Positions 62,006-64,000 of a stretch of 64,000 nucleotides of DNA are shown here, piece by piece. Every line of letters begins with the position of its first letter. The stretch's first letter is position 1. The translations under genes and the position numbers were made by a program. Where the stretch lies: the NCBI GenBank assembly GCA_973895155.1, contig OZ316896.1:13372549-13436548 (forward strand). Direction: 5' to 3'. Origin of the DNA: Marsupella aquatica (lineage: Eukaryota; Plantae; Marchantiophyta). A model generated the notes under the pieces. It did no database searches. It saw only the letters and a list, made by a program, of their open reading frames with translations, and was not told where the DNA came from.

Positions 62006-64000
62006 ATATGACCAATTGGCTACACGTCTACTAGAGGTGATTTACTTTCTTTTCTGCAAAGAAGAAGTCTTGCCACTATTCCAGACCCCAGCAGTAATTT
62101 TCCCTTTGGGAAGGGAAATTAAGCCTAAAGAAAACCAGACTGCTTGGGAGAGGGAAAACAATGAAAAACAAGTTAAGGGTTGGAACCAAAGTTATGGACC
62201 AGAAAATAAAATGGGAGTCATTGACTTGTCGCCCCAGCTGTGCATGCACCCAGCAAGGGCCGTGAAGGGTGGGGGGGGGGGAGGCACTCACTGAGAAACA
62301 ACAGAGTCAGGCTCTCGAGGCAAGAACAAAAACTATCCAGAGGACAAGGCTGAAACCCTCCAGCCTCAATGACATGCTCACAGAGGAGCTTGCCAGCAAC
62401 AGTTGAGTGAATAAAGAAACCCAGCCAACAGCATAAAGATAGCATAGAGGACTAACCCGATATGCTGAGAGGATCACTGAAGGGCTGAGAGGATCACTGA
62501 AGGGCTAAGAAGTAGGAGGCTGGCAGTTATGAGCCAAAGTGGCTATCATGGTTATATTATATGAGGGTTTTAATCCCCACATATATTTTGAAAGCCCAAA
62601 CAGAAGCAAACAAAATTCATTGTTTGAAGGCCCAAACAGAAGCAAACACTGCTTAATTGTTGGTGGATTGATGTCCATTTGAATGGACAAACTTCACCAA
62701 TTCTCATTAAAAAACACTCATGGTGGCTTTATAGAAACTCAGGGCCATGTAGGGTGTGGTGTCTATTCATCCTACATGCCCAGTATATGGCCAAGTAAAT
62801 GCTAGTGTGGAGTGCTTATTTTGTCAAAAAAAATTAGATCACCTCCAAAGTGATCCAAACACTGTCTCCTTTAATCAAGGGATTTGCATCTTTTGAACTT
62901 CATTTGAAAAGATTTTTGGTGAGGAATGGTATTTGCCACCTTTCCTCACTCTTGGTGGAGAAAAGTGAGCATTGCCAAGTCCTCTAAAAGCCACCCTCGC
63001 GAGTCATTTGGAATCCAGATTCTTGAACACACCACCCATCCAGTCGACCCGTACCCAAAGGAAAACCAGGGAATCAAGAGGCCTTGCCACCTTGAGCCAA
63101 TGAGCCGGCAAGCTAGTGCACAAGGGACAGGTTTCATGCGTAGTTGGGTAGCAAGGCTGCAAGGCCGTCCCCTCCTATCCCTATTGCATGCACTCCTTTT
63201 GCGATGTCCCAACTCCCAATACAGTTCCCGTGCAGCGAGAGTTGTTGGCGTCCACGAATGTTTCCTGGCCATGCTGGGCTGAGGCTTGCACAAAGGGATC
63301 AATGATTTTCAATGATCGATCTGGTGGTCCTTGAGAACAGTATAGGCGGATAAGAAAGGTCGGGACCGAGGACGGTCCTTGAGCTGCAACAACACTGTAT
63401 GCATGGTCTGATTCAGATTTGTCATGCAACATTGTCCACCTTCACAGAAGTACAGGAAACAGTGCAAGAACTCAACGAAAGCACATATCTCCGAAAAAAG
63501 GTTTAGTTAGCGCAGTAGTGCTGACGAACGCCGAAAGTGAAAACCCAAGCATGTCAGTAAAGTACTGTACTGTGTAGCGGACATTGCGCGTTCATTTTCT
63601 TTCCGAATGTTTGGAAATTACTTCGTCAGTGCCAACCATTACGTGTTCTATCAATTGGCAAAATTGATTGGAATCCAAACGCGTGTTCGTCCTAAATTCC
63701 TTTTGACTGTAGAAGAGCCGCACTAAACATGCATTCTACCAAGCGTGTCATGGACTTATCAGCTATGGACTGAACGTGTCTGTTCCAGTGAGTTCATGCT
63801 TAATATTCTTCGAGTTTCCGTCTTTTCTTGTAAGAAATATTAGGAAAGTAAACAGCCAAAGAGAATTTTTCTAGCGGCGAATTAGTTTTTTTTTGTTTGC
63901 CTCGAAAAAAACCAAGTGAATTCCATTCAAATAGTCAACATACAAAGAGAAGGGGGGCACCAAAAAGGGCCACACCCAAGAGGACCTAGGGTTGATGTGC

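Noticed and set aside
60820-63440. GC-richer patches with short ORFs (61043-61378, 62926-63432)
   Set aside because: No recognisable motifs; possibly decayed TE or pseudogene sequence, unresolvable without a search.

Overview
Eukaryotic, gene-sparse land-plant DNA. A non-flowering lineage such as a liverwort is inferred from an H2A.M-type histone and the gene structures. Five intact genes are supported: (1) a large two-TM protein with the plant YDPxxNxLSPRPQFLxYxP motif (minus strand, runs off the left edge, absent from the ORF track); (2) a two-exon H2A.M/W-like histone H2A; (3) a five-exon CREG-like protein; (4) an intronless 1011-aa BLE2/ARM-repeat membrane protein; (5) a five-exon CRIB-RopGAP. 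There is also an intronless yippee-like pseudogene broken by a 71-bp duplication, a degenerate L1-type LINE, two tRNA-derived SINE families and many tandem repeats. The most unusual feature is at 21980-26434. The LINE is split at a short GA tract by four head-to-tail non-coding elements separated by (GA)n. Three of them carry a ~190-210-nt cassette whose four hairpins are kept through compensatory changes and G-U pairs, which suggests an unrecognised structured RNA in a (GA)n-targeting mobile element. All family assignments come from motif recognition, not database searches.
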